Position numbers and translations under genes: made by a program
Notes under the pieces: generated by a model
Databases searched by the model: none
Told to the model about the DNA's origin: nothing
Seen by the model: only the letters and a program-made list of their open reading frames with translations
Shown: positions 48,204 through 62,508 of the stretch, piece after piece
How the letters are laid out: the number at the start of each line of letters is the position of its first letter
Numbering within the stretch: the first letter of the stretch is position 1
Origin: Neocallimastix sp. 'constans'
Lineage: Eukaryota
NCBI GenBank assembly: GCA_050613775.1
Contig: JBODTK010000016.1
Coordinates: forward strand, 868,001 to 932,000
Reading direction: 5' to 3'
DNA: 64,000 nt

Positions 48204-48434
48204 GGGAGTGATTTCGCCAAGATTCATTTCGCAAAATTTTTTGAAAGTATGTGATATATTAAAAATGTTGCATTTCGCCAAATTGAAAATTATTAAATAG
48301 ATAAATACAAATAAATAAATAAATATTATTAATATTAAATAAAAACAAGTTTAAAAAAAATATTTTGAATTTTATTTATTTATTCATTTATTTATATCAA
48401 TACTATACGCCATTTGGCGAAATGCAACTCTCCC
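48204..48434. mobile_element. MITE with 9-bp TSD (Mutator-like)
   Basis: TIRs GGGAGTGATTTCGCCAA and TTGGCGAAATGCAACTCTCCC; TSD ATTCAAGGT at 48195-48203 and 48435-48443. Confidence 0.8.
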
Positions 48435-48445
48435 ATTCAAGGTAG

Positions 48446-49008
48446 TTGAACCAGGTTCTATCATACATAAGGCTCCTGGTTCGACCCCGCCCTTTGATCA
48501 TTTTCCGGTTTTTCCTGAATAAAAGGTTTTACGGTAGATGGTTGTTAGGGTTTCCGTTTACAGGTAAGTATATCCCCCCTCCCCTTATATATAATATTCT
48601 TAAATTCCGGAGTAATATAGACTAGATACTGTCCTAACAGTGGGCCTGAAAGGGTTGCGCTAGTAACTGTCATTAATATACTTACGAGGGAATTCCTAGG
48701 ATATGGGTTCATATGCACGTAGCTAAACTACGAATAATCAATCTGCTAACTCAATATTATTACTAAATTGGGTTAACACGTGACTCAATTGGGTTAGGTT
48801 ACTCTAGCCTCGCTTCTAGTTAGGCACCGAAAAAGCACTCCGAAAAAAATCGTGCTAGAAAATCTCAGCAATAATATGTATGGTTAGAGCGCCAATGCTG
48901 AATTAACAGTAAGGCTATCTAGTAGGGACTATATCCACAAAATGTTGTGACTACCTTAATATTCCCATGTCTTGAGGGGGGCATAGGGTGGTACACACCG
49001 GAAATAAA

Positions 49009-49037
<29 letters not shown>
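48446..49037 (+). mobile_element. SINE-like retroposon with tRNA-like head
   Basis: B-box GGTTCGACCCC (48478-48488); GC-rich body; AATAAA followed by a poly-A tail; 11-bp TSD ATTCAAGGTAG (48435-48445 and 49038-49048). Confidence 0.8.
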
Positions 49038-49040
<3 letters not shown>

Positions 49041-49137
49041 CAAGGTAGGATTCAACTTATTGACACAGAATCAAATATTCAATTTCTGTCTGATATATTA
49101 AACTGTCACTGAGATGAATTTTAATTATTAAATATAA

Positions 49138-49178
<41 letters not shown>

Positions 49179-50126
49179 ATCGATAGATAAATTGATATAT
49201 TTAATAATGCTAAAATTAATATTTCTAAGTAATTACCAAAGTAATTTAAGTAATTTTTTATAAGACTGGGATTAACGAGAGGAGTGGACAATAGTACCTC
49301 CAGTCCATCCCTTAAATATATCAGGCTTTCATTAGATTCTTTTTCATACAGTTTTGGTGTTCGACGCGGACCTCTCTCTAAGCATAGCTAATATGAAAAA
49401 CATTTCTTTTATGGTACTTTATACGATGGGCTTCTTTTCAGTGATCTTTTGAATCATTATCGAGGGAATAGAAATAAATTAATAAAATATAAATATTGGT
49501 TGATGCCTTTGGTATATATATGTATTTTTTTTTTTTTTCATTTCTGTTAATACAAATGAATAAGAAATTATTCAATTATAATAAATAAATGAATAAATAA
49601 AATTTTTAATAAGTAAAAAAATATAAGGAGGTTATTATATAAAATTTCAAATATTTTTTATTTAAAAATTTCTAAATGCAATTATTAAAAAAATATTTTA
49701 AAATTTGTAATATTAATTTAAAATTTTCCGTTAGTTATACAAAATAGTTTAACTCCATATTATAATATAATTTTTTTAATGGCGGTTAAGGTACTTCTAA
49801 TGACCAATGATCGAGGTCTATTCCATTATCTTGAAATTAAAATGCCAATTATATATATAATAATATAATCCCTGAGTGATTAAAGTAACATCAATTTGTA
49901 AAAGTTTAAAATAAAAAAAAAATATCGATATTATTAGAGATAATTATTATGAATGGAAACATAATTTTTGCTCCAAGAAATAGAACTTATTACCTTTAAC
50001 ATATTTCAATGATATAATAAATTATTTACATAACCATATTATTGAATAGAGTTAAATTTTATATTATACCAATATAACTATAATATTATATTATTTTTAA
50101 TATGTGATGAAAATAAAACAAATTTC

Positions 50127-50200
<74 letters not shown>

Positions 50201-50551
50201 ATATATGTTTATTTGCTATAATGTTTGCTTAAATTTCCAATCCAAAATTGTTAATTTTTTTTTTTTTTTTAGATATTAAAGTCAATATTTATTTTATTGT
50301 TAAAACAACTTTTCATATATGATGGAATATTATATTTATATATTTATAACCCAATATCTCTAAACGAAATTAAACATCAAGAAATTGGCTAGAGTATATA
50401 CTTTACTAATTACAAAAAAAAATGTAATATTTATATAATTTATATACTATATATTATATATTAAATTATATATATATGTATTTGTATATACTAAATATAA
50501 ATTTATATGTAGAAAGGAAGAAACATCAGTAATTATATAGCAATCTTTACA

Positions 50552-50613
<62 letters not shown>

Positions 50614-51107
50614 CTTATTTATTGAATATTTTATTTTTTAATGAATCCTTATTTGCTTATTTTGTTTATTATTATCAATACTAATTGACATTAGCTACGA
50701 TATTAATAAATTTTATTTATATCTTTTTTTAATTTTTTATTTTTTATTTTTTATTTTTATTTTATTTTTTTTTTCAGTTCAAAAAATTTTGTCCATTATT
50801 AATAAATATACTCATTTTATTAAATAATTAATCAAAAATGTAATTTCATTGATAGTATTACTTTTTTAATTAATTATTAAATAAATTGATAGTTAATAAT
50901 TTATTTATTTATTTTTTTTTTTTTTAAGTTCGTTTTTGATTTTGATTTTATGTAATTGGTGATTGATTACTTACTATTTATTTTTTAATAGTAGATTTTA
51001 TATTTAGATAAATTTTTCTATTCATATTTCACTTTTCATCTTAATATTATTCATTCAATTAACATACTTTTAGATATGAATAAAATTTACATGTATATTT
51101 TTTTAAT

Positions 51108-52342
51108 TTATTCTTCTTTCTTAGCATTTTCATCTTTTTCTTTTTTTTCTTGATTCTTACGTTTCTTATCATTCTTGTTAGCACGACGCTTCTTAGCACC
51201 ACTGTATGTGAATTTAATTAAAGTCTTACCGAATCTAATAGCAAGAGCAATAATAAATGATGTAATTACACCAGTTTTAATATTTGTGTATGGATTTTCA
51301 ATACAGAAACCACTAACACAATGTCCTGAATTACATTCATCATCAAAACTACACTTTATAAAGTTAGCTTTTTTGCAAACTAAATCTTCACTGTTACATT
51401 TGTAAATTGGAGTTTCTGTAATACAAGTACTATTGTAGCAAGTACCGAATAAACAATCATTATCTTTTTCACATTTTTCGGTTGCACAGTTAGGAGCAAG
51501 GATCTTTGCTAAGAAATTAGTATGTAATTCTTCCTTGTAACAACTTCTTATAATTGGTCTGTAAGTTTCTGGATGAATATCATTCTCTTCACCACTATCA
51601 TATGTATTCCAAGCATCAGATTGAAGAGAAACACAATTTTCTTTTTCATTTTCTGGACATAAGAAATAAAATTTACAATAACCATCTACACATGAATTAC
51701 TGAAACAGTCGCTATTTGATTCACATTTAACTGAATTACTATTATTATTAATATTTTAAATAATTTAAAATTAATTAAAATAAATAATTTATAAAAAATA
51801 TTATATAAATATAAATTAAATTAATGATTTTAATAAAGATAATAACAGAAAAAATATATATATATATTTATATTATTTACAAATTTCGATAATTAATTTA
51901 ATATAAATAATAACAAAAAAAAATATATATATATATATTTATATATATATATATTTATATTATCAACAAATTTCGATAATTGTGTATACATAGGAAATTT
52001 TCAATAATAAATTATTTTTTTTTTAAATAAAACAGAAAACTTATTAATATTATATATAATAAATTTGTTAAAATTCACATATATATAACAAAAAAAAATA
52101 TATATATATTTGAAATTTTGATTACATAAAAATATTATGATTCGTAATAATGTTACTTTAAATACTTTTATATTATTATATATTTTAATATTTATAAAAA
52201 TAAATAACAATTACATTTCAGTTGGTTCTTTAAAAGAATTTAGATTGTAATTAGTAATTTGATGTGAAATTTGAATTTCTTCACCCTTAGTGCCAAGAAT
52301 ACATAATAAAGCGACTAAAGAAGTAAATAAAAAGCTTTTCAT
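51108..52342 (-). CDS. Cys-rich protein with signal peptide, probable TM segment and basic tail, 2 exons, 252 aa (absent from the ORF track)
   Basis: Exons 52342-52215 and 51738-51108 (759 nt). MKSFLFTSLVALLCILG signal; three modules CESNSDCFSNSCVDGYC, CEKDNDCLFGTCYNSTC, CSFDDECNSGHCVSGFC. Confidence 0.88.
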
Positions 52343-53726
52343 TTTTGTATTATTTTGAATAATTTATCTAAATTTATTTATTATTTGTTTTCCTTGTTGT
52401 TATTTTTAATTATATTAAAAAAAATATACAACTTTATTTTATTATTGTTATTAATTTTAATATTAAAAGTTTTTATTTTAAAAAAAAGATTTACCTTTTT
52501 TTTTTTTTAATTTTTATTTCGCCAGAAAGTGAATTTTTATTTTTTATAATTTTTATTTAAATTTTAAATTATTTTTTTTTTATTTATATTTTTAATCAAA
52601 TATTTTAATTATATAATATATTACATTATATTATTAATATATTAGATTTATTATAAAAATTTTTTATTTTTTTATATTAAATTTATAAATTTTTATAATT
52701 AAGCCTTTTTTTTTTAAATATAAGAGTTTGAAAATAAATTAATTTTATTATGTTTAAAATTCTTTTTACCAATAGATTTAAAGACAATACATTATACAAA
52801 AATATATTAGAACAGAATAAATATGTTAATTTATATAACTTATTATCATTATTTATTAAAAAATTAATTCATCTAACCATTTCTACTATTTAATTTATTT
52901 AAATTAATAACTATTCATCTATTTATATTACTATAATATTACTGGAAATTAATTTATAAATATAAAAAACCAATAAAAAAAGCAGTACATTTCAAAAAAA
53001 TAGGAAAATAAATACCAAAATTTAAAAATTCAAAAAAATTTAATAAAAATGTTTAAAAACCAGTTAGGTATATGATTTAGAAGGTGTTCTAATCTTCAAA
53101 ATTTTAATTAAGTTCTTCTATTTTTGAGTATTAATTTTTCATTTTCATGCTCATTAACTATAAAATTTTTATTAAAATTAAAACATATAATTATTAATAT
53201 AAAATATAATTATATTCTATTTTTATTATTAAAAAACAAAGAAATGAATAATATAAATATTTTATTTATTTATATAATTGAAATATAACAGTAATGCTAA
53301 AGATATATTTTAAAAAATATATACTCTTTTTATATTTCTTGTTAAGTAAATATAGTATAAAATATCATAATTTAATTTTATGTTTTAATATAAAATAATA
53401 ATCAAATTTAGAGCCTAAATATTTTACTCTTTTAATTATAATTGAAATAGTAACCTTTTAACTATTAACAAGTATAAAATATTTTAATATAATAATAATG
53501 AAAAAAAAAATAATGAAAAAAATTAGTAATGATTAATTATTTATATATATATGATGCAATTAATAATTTTTTTTATGTTATTAATAATATGTAATATGTA
53601 ATATTATTATTATTATTATTATTGACTATTTTATATATTAAATAATTAAACTTTGCATTATAGAACTAATATACAAGAAAAGTAAAGGTTTATTAAAAAT
53701 ATTAACTCTTTTATTAAAGCTGTAGT

Positions 53727-54008
53727 TATTATTAATATTTCTATAATTAGTATTACAATGAAATAATTTTCTTTTCACTAATGGAATTTGAATTTTTTTT
53801 AAAAATTTTATATTTTTTTAAAATTTTATATTTATATTTTTTAATTATAATTTTATTTAATTTATTATTAATATTTCTATAATTAGTATTACAATGATAT
53901 AATTTTCTTTTCACTAATGGAATTTGAATTTTTTTTTAAAAATTTTATATTTTTTTAAAATTTTATATTTATATTTTTTAATTATAATTTTATTTAATTT
54001 ATTTATTG
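53727..54008. repeat. Tandem duplication of about 140 bp
   Basis: ATATTTCTATAATTAGTATTACAATG occurs twice, with matching downstream sequence. Confidence 0.85.
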
Positions 54009-55204
54009 ATTTAAGTTTTTTTTTTTTTTTATTTTATTTTGTTTTGTATTTCATTAATTTTCTTTCTTTGACCAAATTAAATATAATATTAAAAAAGAGA
54101 GATTAAATATTTTCAGTAATAGTTTATATAAATATCTTAATTTAGATATCATAAGTGTACTGCTTTGCTGGACAAATTGATAAATATAATGATTTGTGTT
54201 TTTTTTTTTTTTTTTTATATTCATGATATGATGGATTGCTATCAAAAAGTATTTTGACCATATTTGAATACATTTGGCATATATAGGTCAAGAAAAGAAA
54301 AATAATAATCCAAACTAGAACTTGAATTAACAATTTGAATATTTCTGTAAGTTACATTTATTATCTTAATAATGAGTATTAAACAAAAAATACTCAAACA
54401 AAATATATTATATATATATATATATTTTTTTTTTAAAATAATAATAAATGTTCCTCTTATGTTTATTTGTAAAAATTTGAAAGAAATCTACAAATTTAAA
54501 GAAAAGAAGAGATGATACTTATTTTTTTCATATTAAATAACTAATTATATTATTATAATATTAATCATTATATCAATAAAAGTAATTAATGACTTGTAAT
54601 GTACTTTAGTTTTGTTATTAATATTTTACAATAATATTTAATATTTAATATTTAATATTATAAATACATTAAAAAAAAATTATTTGACTTCAAATTTAAA
54701 AATTATAATTCATGTTTTTGAAAAATGTGAAATATAAATTTAAAATAATAATGTGAAATATGAATTTGAAATAATAAACTATTGCAATTTATTGAATATA
54801 TATAATATTTTTTTTTTTTTTATTTTTTGAAAAAAATTTAAAACATACAAAACTTGAATATTTTGTTATAATAAATCATTAATCATAATACTTTATTTAT
54901 TTTATTAATGCCATTATTTTTTTGTATTAACAAGCAAAAATAAATAAATAATTAATTAAATAAATAAATAAAAAATAATTCAATATATTTTCTTCATATT
55001 ATCAATTTTTTTTTTTTTTTTTTCATATTAATATAACTCTACTTTTATTTGTACAAAAAAAATTTTTTAAATAAAAACTGAATATTTTATATAAATTATA
55101 TATTAGAATATAGGATTTTTTATAAATAATAATTCACTAAAATAAGAGGTAATTTTCACTTTTTATGTAATGTTCTTTCATAATTATTATTATATTACTA
55201 TTTA

Positions 55205-55560
55205 GTACATCTGGATCGGTCCCTGTCAGTATCAAATCTTCATGATTTCCCCCCAGGGTTTTGTATGAAATGTTAGGAGTTAAATGATATTCAAATAGGT
55301 ATGATTTCTAAATTTCGAACACTTTAAGATTTCCAATGCGTAAGCCTTTTCTGAGAGGATTACAATTTCCAGCTCCACTGGGATGGCAAGGAGGTGACCT
55401 ATAGTGGGCTCTGTTTTCCTTTGAGGATCGCGTAGAGTGCTTCTATAATGGAGTTTCTTTGCTTATGGGGGGTTGTGAGTGTCGACCCCGTACTGGTATG
55501 GCAGTTAAACATACACCCATATTATAATATGGGGGAGACATAATTCTTCAGTCTATAAAA
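55205..55560 (-). pseudogene. GC-rich island, possibly a decayed non-LTR retrotransposon ORF2 fragment
   Basis: The minus strand reads LKNYVSPIL*YG, resembling the P-x-L-x-Y-G motif C-terminal to LINE RT; many stop codons. Confidence 0.3.
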
Positions 55561-57015
55561 AAAAAAAATAGTAATATTTATAAAATTTATATACTATATA
55601 TTATATATTAAATTATATATATAAATGTATTTGTATTTACTAAATATAAATATATATGTAGAAAGAAAGAAAAAAAAGATATTAGCAATTATATAAGAAA
55701 AATAATTATTTATAAGAAAAATTATTTATTAAAATTTTTTCTTTATTAATTTTTCATATTTACATATTTTATTTTTATTACTATTTGGACAATTTAATTA
55801 AAATAAAAAATACATTATAAGAAAAATAATGAATTATAATTTTTTCTTTAATATTTCATATTTATATATTTTATTTATATTATTGAAAAGATATTAATTA
55901 TGTTGATAATAAGATTTAATAATATACCGTTTATTTAATTTTTTCTTTTGACTAGGAATAAACTTATTAATATTCAACATATGGAATATTTATATAGTAT
56001 TAAAAAATTATGTAATGAATTCTGAAGCTTCTAGATCTTCCCATATATCGATGAAAACTCCTATTGAATAAATATTATTATTCATGTCTATATCAGAATT
56101 TCTCCTTTGTCTTATTGTTTCGTTGTTTATCTTCTTGATAAATGATAGGTTAATGGTATAAAATCAATAAAATTTAATTAAATTGAATGATTTGTAGCTT
56201 AAAATCCTCAAATTTACTACAATATGAAGGATAGCACATTGGACATTTTATTGACTCTATATTACTTTTATAGTAATATAAGATTTCATATCAAATCTAA
56301 GTCCATATTTAGTACGTCCAATTCAAAAAAAAAAAAAAAAAAATAGATTATTTTAAGGTGTCACAGAAATAAATTTTTTAAACCAAATTTGAATTTTTCA
56401 TATAATCATGGATAACTGTTTTTTTTTAAAAACAATTTCTAATTTCTTTAGGATGCTTACGTATTGTTAATTTTAATAGCTTTTTTGTACAAGAGAAATG
56501 TGAAATTATTATAATATTATTTACTAAATGAAAAATAATACAAAAATAGTTTTCCATTTTTTAATACATCGAATTATCACATTTCGTTGTATAATTTTAT
56601 TTTATATTATATTATTTACACCAAATTAAAATATTATTTACACTAAATTAAAATATTATTTACAAAATGAAAAATTATACAAAAATACATCAAATTATTT
56701 TATTGTATAATTTTATATTATATTTTATATATTAATTACACTATTAAACTTTACATATTCATAATAATTTTAATTTATTTTTATTAATTTCCTTTTTGTA
56801 CAATAAAAATTTTTTATTATTTTTTAGAGTAAAAAATAATAAAAAATTTTTTACTCTAAATGATACACATATTTATTTCATATTTATTTTATCTATTTAT
56901 ATTTTAATATTTAATTTTATTACTACAATTATTTTCAATCATATTCTTTAAATCATATATAAATATTTAATTTTATCACTAAAATTATTTTCTATTTTCT
57001 TCTTTAAATTGTAAT

Positions 57016-57380
57016 ATTTAATGGCAATTATATACTATATTATATTTTATTATATTTTATTATTATTATTTATTTTATTTAATGGCAATTATATACTATA
57101 TTATATTTTATTATATTTTATTATTATTATTTATTTTATTTAATGGCAATTATATACTATATTATATTTTATTATATTTTATTATTATTATTTATTTTAT
57201 TTAATGGCAATTATATACTATATTATATTTTATTATATTTTATTATTATTATTTATTTTATTTAATGGCAATTATATACTATATTATATTTTATTATATT
57301 TTATTATTATTATTATTTATTTTATTTAATGGCAATTATATACTATATTATATTTTATTATATTTTATTATTATTATTAT
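57016..57380. repeat. About 6 x 61-bp minisatellite
   Basis: ATTTAATGGCAATTATATACTA recurs every 61 bp or so; degenerate copies continue to about 58400. Confidence 0.9.
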
Positions 57381-58814
57381 TTATTTTATATTTTTATGTT
57401 TTTATATTCTAATCTATCTTATTATTATTATTATTATTTATTTTATTTTTTTTTTTTTGTTTAATTTTTATATCACTAAAATTATTTTATATTTTCTTCT
57501 TTAAATTGTAATATTTAATGGCAATTATTCACTATATTATTTTTTAATCTATTTTATTATTATTATTATTATTATTATATTTCATTTTCTTCTTCTTATT
57601 TTTTTTTTGTTTAATTTTTATATTTTGATATTGATAATTAGTTTTGCCTTCATAACTTCTTTCCTTTTCCTTTTCTTTTTTCTATCTTCTTTCCTTTCTC
57701 CTTTCTTTCATATATTTTCGATTTTCTTTTAATAAGTATACTAATAAATCATAGGATATCAGTATTATAATGTCTTTATATTTTTTTTTTCTTTCATAAC
57801 TTCTTTCCCTTTCCTTTCTTCTTTCTTTCAATATATTTTCAATTTTAAATCATAGGATATCAGTATTATAATGTCTTTATATTTTTTTTTTCTTTCATAA
57901 CTTCTTTCCCTTTCCTTTCTTCTTTCTTTCAATATATTTTCAATTTTCTTTATATTGTAATATCTAATGGCAATTATTACTACATTATATTTTACTCTAT
58001 TATTATTATTATTATTATTATTATTTATTTTTTTTTTTTTACATTTTTTTTAACTTCGATATTTTGATATTTTGTTTTTCAATTATTACTACTATATTAT
58101 ATTTTTACTTTTTATTATTATTATTATTATTTTTTTTTCAATTATTACTACTATATTATATTTTTACTTTTTATTATTATTATTATTTTTTTTTTTTTTT
58201 TAATTTTGATAATTTGTTTTGCAATTATTACCACGTTATTATTTATATATTTTATTTTGTTTTACAATTACTACTACGCTATATTTTACTCTATTTTTTT
58301 TTATATTATTATATTATATTTTATATATTTTATTTTGTTTTTCAATTATTACTACGTTATATTTTACTCTATTTTTATTTTTATTTTTATTTTATTATAT
58401 TTTTTTTTATTATATTTTTTTTTATTATATTTTTTTTTTAAATATTTTTTAATATTGATATTTTGATATTTTATTTTGCCTTCATAATTTCTTTCCTTTT
58501 CCTTTTCCTTTTCCTTTTCTTTTTTCTTTCAATATAAAATTTATTTAATATTTCTTAATTTTTATATAAGTCAATAAATCATAGGATTTCTGTATTTTGA
58601 TATTTCGTTTTACTTTCAAGTTTTACTTCTTTTCCTTTCCTTTCTTCCTCTCTTTTCTTTTAATGTAAAATTTACTTAATATTTCCGAATTTTAATATAT
58701 GTATTAACTAATAAATAAAAGCATTTCAGTATAATAATGTTTGTATATTTTTCCTTCATAACTTCTTTCCTTTTTCTTTTCTTTTTTTTTTATTCATTTT
58801 TTATATTATTTTTA

Positions 58815-60871
58815 ATTTTCCGTCTAAAGATCAAAAAAAAAAAAAAAAAAAAATGGAGAGATCCCATTTTTAATATTCATTAATGTTGTGACCTACTTGC
58901 CGATTTGAAATTTCTCCATTGCAACCTAAAGCATAAATATAATATGGTAAGGCGATCATTTGCCACACCATATTATACAATATTAACAAGTAATTACATT
59001 TAGATAATCTTTAAAATACACAATTAATATTTTAGAAATTAATGATATAAGATACATCACCTTAAATACTAATACAGAGAAGAATTTATTATCCTATTTT
59101 TTTTAAATATATATATATATTTAATATTAATATCTACAATAATAATATAATACTATATTTTAATTAGAATTAATATCTTACCTTAGTTTATAATCAACCA
59201 CTTTAATTAACCTAATTATTTTATAAAAATATAATATATTTACTATTAGTTACATAATTTTTCAAAATTAACATTTAATTTTTATAAGAATTGAAAGCTT
59301 ACCTTATGGTTCATCATCAATAATTTTAATTAACCTAATTTTTAACTAAAATAAGAAAACGGTATAATTGCGATTATACAGAAAACAATTTTTCATTCTA
59401 TTTTTTTTAAAAAAAAAATATTTATATTTAATATTAATTTTGAATATCTACATTAATAATATAATAGTATATAATAGTACTATATTTTTATTAGAATTAG
59501 TAGCTTACTTCATCATCAATCACTTTAATAAACTCAATTTTTAATTAAAAAATACAATAACAGAATATTTTCAATTTTATAAAAATAAATATTGAATAAG
59601 AACAAAAAAAAAAAATGTCTTCATTAATTCTTTCCATTTTCTTTTCTTTTTTTTTATTTCATTTCTTTTTTCTTTTTTTTTTTCAATTCTTTTTTCTTTT
59701 TTTTTTTTCATTTCTTTTTTCTTTTTTTTTTCATTTCTTTTTTCTTTCTTTTTTCTTTCTTTTTCTTTCTTTTTTCTTTTCTTTTTTCTTTCATTTTTTT
59801 TATATTATTTTAGTTTTCCGTCTAAAGATTAAAAGAAATCAAAAAAAGAAATCGCATTTTTAATATTCATTAATGTTGTAACCTACTTTCCGATTTAAAA
59901 TAACTCTATTTTAACCTAAAGTATAAATATAATATGGCAAGGTGATTATTTTCCTCACCATATTATACAATATTAACGAGTAATATCATTTAGATAATCT
60001 TTAAAACACACAATTAATATTTTAAAAATATAGATACATCACCTTAAATACTAATACGGAAAAGAATTTTTATCCTATTTTCTTTTTAAAAATATATATA
60101 TATTTAATATTAATATCTACAATTATAATATAATAATACTACATTTAAATTAGAATTAATAGTTTACCTTATTATAATCAATCACTTTATTTAACCTAAT
60201 TCTTTTTTATAAAAATATGATATATTTACTATTAGTAATGTAATTTTTCAAAAATAACATTTAATTTTTATAAGAATTGAAAGTTTACCTTGAAATTTCA
60301 TAATCCATAATTTAAAAATTAACCTATTTTAATTTATATAACGGTATATTTACTATTAATAATTCAATTTTTCATAAATTACAACTAATATTAAATTTTT
60401 AATAGAATTAATAGCTTACCTTAAAAGTTCATAATCAATCACTTTATTAAACCTAAAATTTTTATATAAATAAAAGATATATTTAATATTAGTAACGTAA
60501 TTTTTTAAAAACTACATTTAATATTAATCTTTATAATCTATAATAATAATACAATAATAATATAATAATAATATAATAATAATATAATAATAATATAATA
60601 ATATTAAAATTTTATTTTAATTGATAGTTTACCTTAAAATTTCATAATCCTTAAATTAAAAATTAACCTATTTTAATTTATAAAACGGTATATTGATAAC
60701 TTACCTTAAAAGTACATAATCAACAACTTTTATTAACCTAATTTTTTTTTTAAAAAAATGATATATTTACTATTAGTATCTTAATTTTTCAAAAGTTACT
60801 TTTTATGTTACCATATAGCTTACCTTATAGTCCATAATCCGTTATTTAAAAATTAACCTATTCTTTTATAA

Positions 60872-60903
<32 letters not shown>

Positions 60904-60971
60904 CAATTAATATTAAAAATTAAAAAGATAGCTTACCTTATAGTTCATAATCCATTATTTAAAAATTAACC

Positions 60972-61007
<36 letters not shown>

Positions 61008-61030
61008 AAAAAGATATATTTACTATTATT
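58815..61030. repeat. Diverged duplication of about 1 kb followed by degenerate TTACCTTA..CATAATC..TAACCTA units
   Basis: TTTTCCGTCTAAAGAT starts both units (about 58816 and 59814), with collinear similarity for about 500 bp. Confidence 0.75.
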
Positions 61031-61800
61031 AGTGTAATTTTTAATGTAATTTTTCAATAATTTCGTCTAATATTAAATTAAAATATTTTCTCTCAAGAAT
61101 AGGTATATGTATTATTAGAAAATTTTCTATTATTATATAAAACAAAAATTTACTATATTAAATTTACCTAATATTTAAAAAATTATTACTTAAAGAACCT
61201 ATTTATATAAATTTATTTTTTATTGTTAATTACATATGTTAAATTTATTATTAATATATATAATATTTTTATAAAAATTATACTTCACCTTTTATTTTTG
61301 ATTTAAGTTTTAAATATGAAACCTATTTATATTAAATAAAATGCTACATATTCTCATATCTTTAATAATTTATATTTTCAGAACTATTTTCACCTTATTT
61401 AAAACAATAGTCTTTCTTTTATATTGTAAAAATTTTATTTTTATGGATATTCATATAATTATATTATGAAAGTTCTTAATTATATTACGCCCTCCACCAT
61501 CCCCCATATTTAATAATGTACTATTCTTTGGGTTCAGTCCGTATATCCTCACCACTATATATATTTGTATATATTAAAAACTTTTCTATATCTATAAAGG
61601 TAGAAATCCAAAAAAAAAGGCCGAATCCTAATAAATCATAGTTTCCAAATTAAAAAAATTATGATTTCAGAAAATCATAAATGCTAAATACTAATAAATT
61701 GTAGGATCTAAAGATGTCCGGTCCTAAAAATCCTAAAAATAGTCCTAAAAACATTTGTTACTCGAAAAAAGAGTTTAAAACAAGATAGATACAAAAAACT

Positions 61801-62508
61801 AGGTAGAAACTAAACATCAAGGTAGAAACTAAACATCAAGGTAGAAACTAAACATCAAGGTAGAAACCAAAATCAAGGTAGAAACCAAAATCAAGGTAGA
61901 AACCAAAATCAAGGTAGAAACCAAAATCAAGGTAGAAACCAAAATCAAGGTAGAAACCAAAAACAAGGTAGAAACCAAAAAAACAAGGTAGAAACCAAAA
62001 AAAAACAAGTTAGAAACCAAAAAAAAACAAGGTAGAAACCAAAAAAAAAATAAGGTAGAAACCAGAAAAAAAAAAGGTAGAAACCAAAAAAAAATAAGGT
62101 GGAAACCAAAAAAAAAAAAAAGGTAGAAACCAAAATCAAGGTAGAAACCAAAATCAAGGTAGAAACCAAAATCAAGGTAGAAACCAAAATCAAAGTAGAA
62201 ACCAAAATCAAAGTAGAAACCAAAATCAAAGTAGAAACCAAAATCAAAGTAGAAACCAAAATCAAAGTAGAAACCAAAATCAAAGTAGAAACCAAAATCA
62301 AAGTAGAAACCAAAATCAAGGTAGAAACCAAGATCAAAGTAGAAACCAAAATCAAAGTAGAAACCAAAATCAAAGTAGAAACCAAAATCAAAGTAGAAAC
62401 CAAAATCAAAGTAGAAACCAAAATCAAGGTAGAAACCAAAATCAAGGTAGAAATTAAAAACAAGGTAGAAACTAAAAACAAGGTAGAAACTAAAAACAAG
62501 GTAGAAAC
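61801..62508 (+). repeat. 18-bp minisatellite (AARGTAGAAACCAAAATC)n
   Basis: Dozens of near-perfect units; degenerate copies extend over about 61597-62950. Confidence 0.95.

Noticed and set aside
48544..48552. GTTAGGGTT as a telomerase RNA template on the minus strand
   Set aside because: Only 9 nt, and the B-box, poly-A tail and TSD indicate a plus-strand retroposon.
57265..59863. F/I/L/Y-rich ORFs (also 35408-36159, 52001-54333)
   Set aside because: Low-complexity AT repeats with no coding signature.
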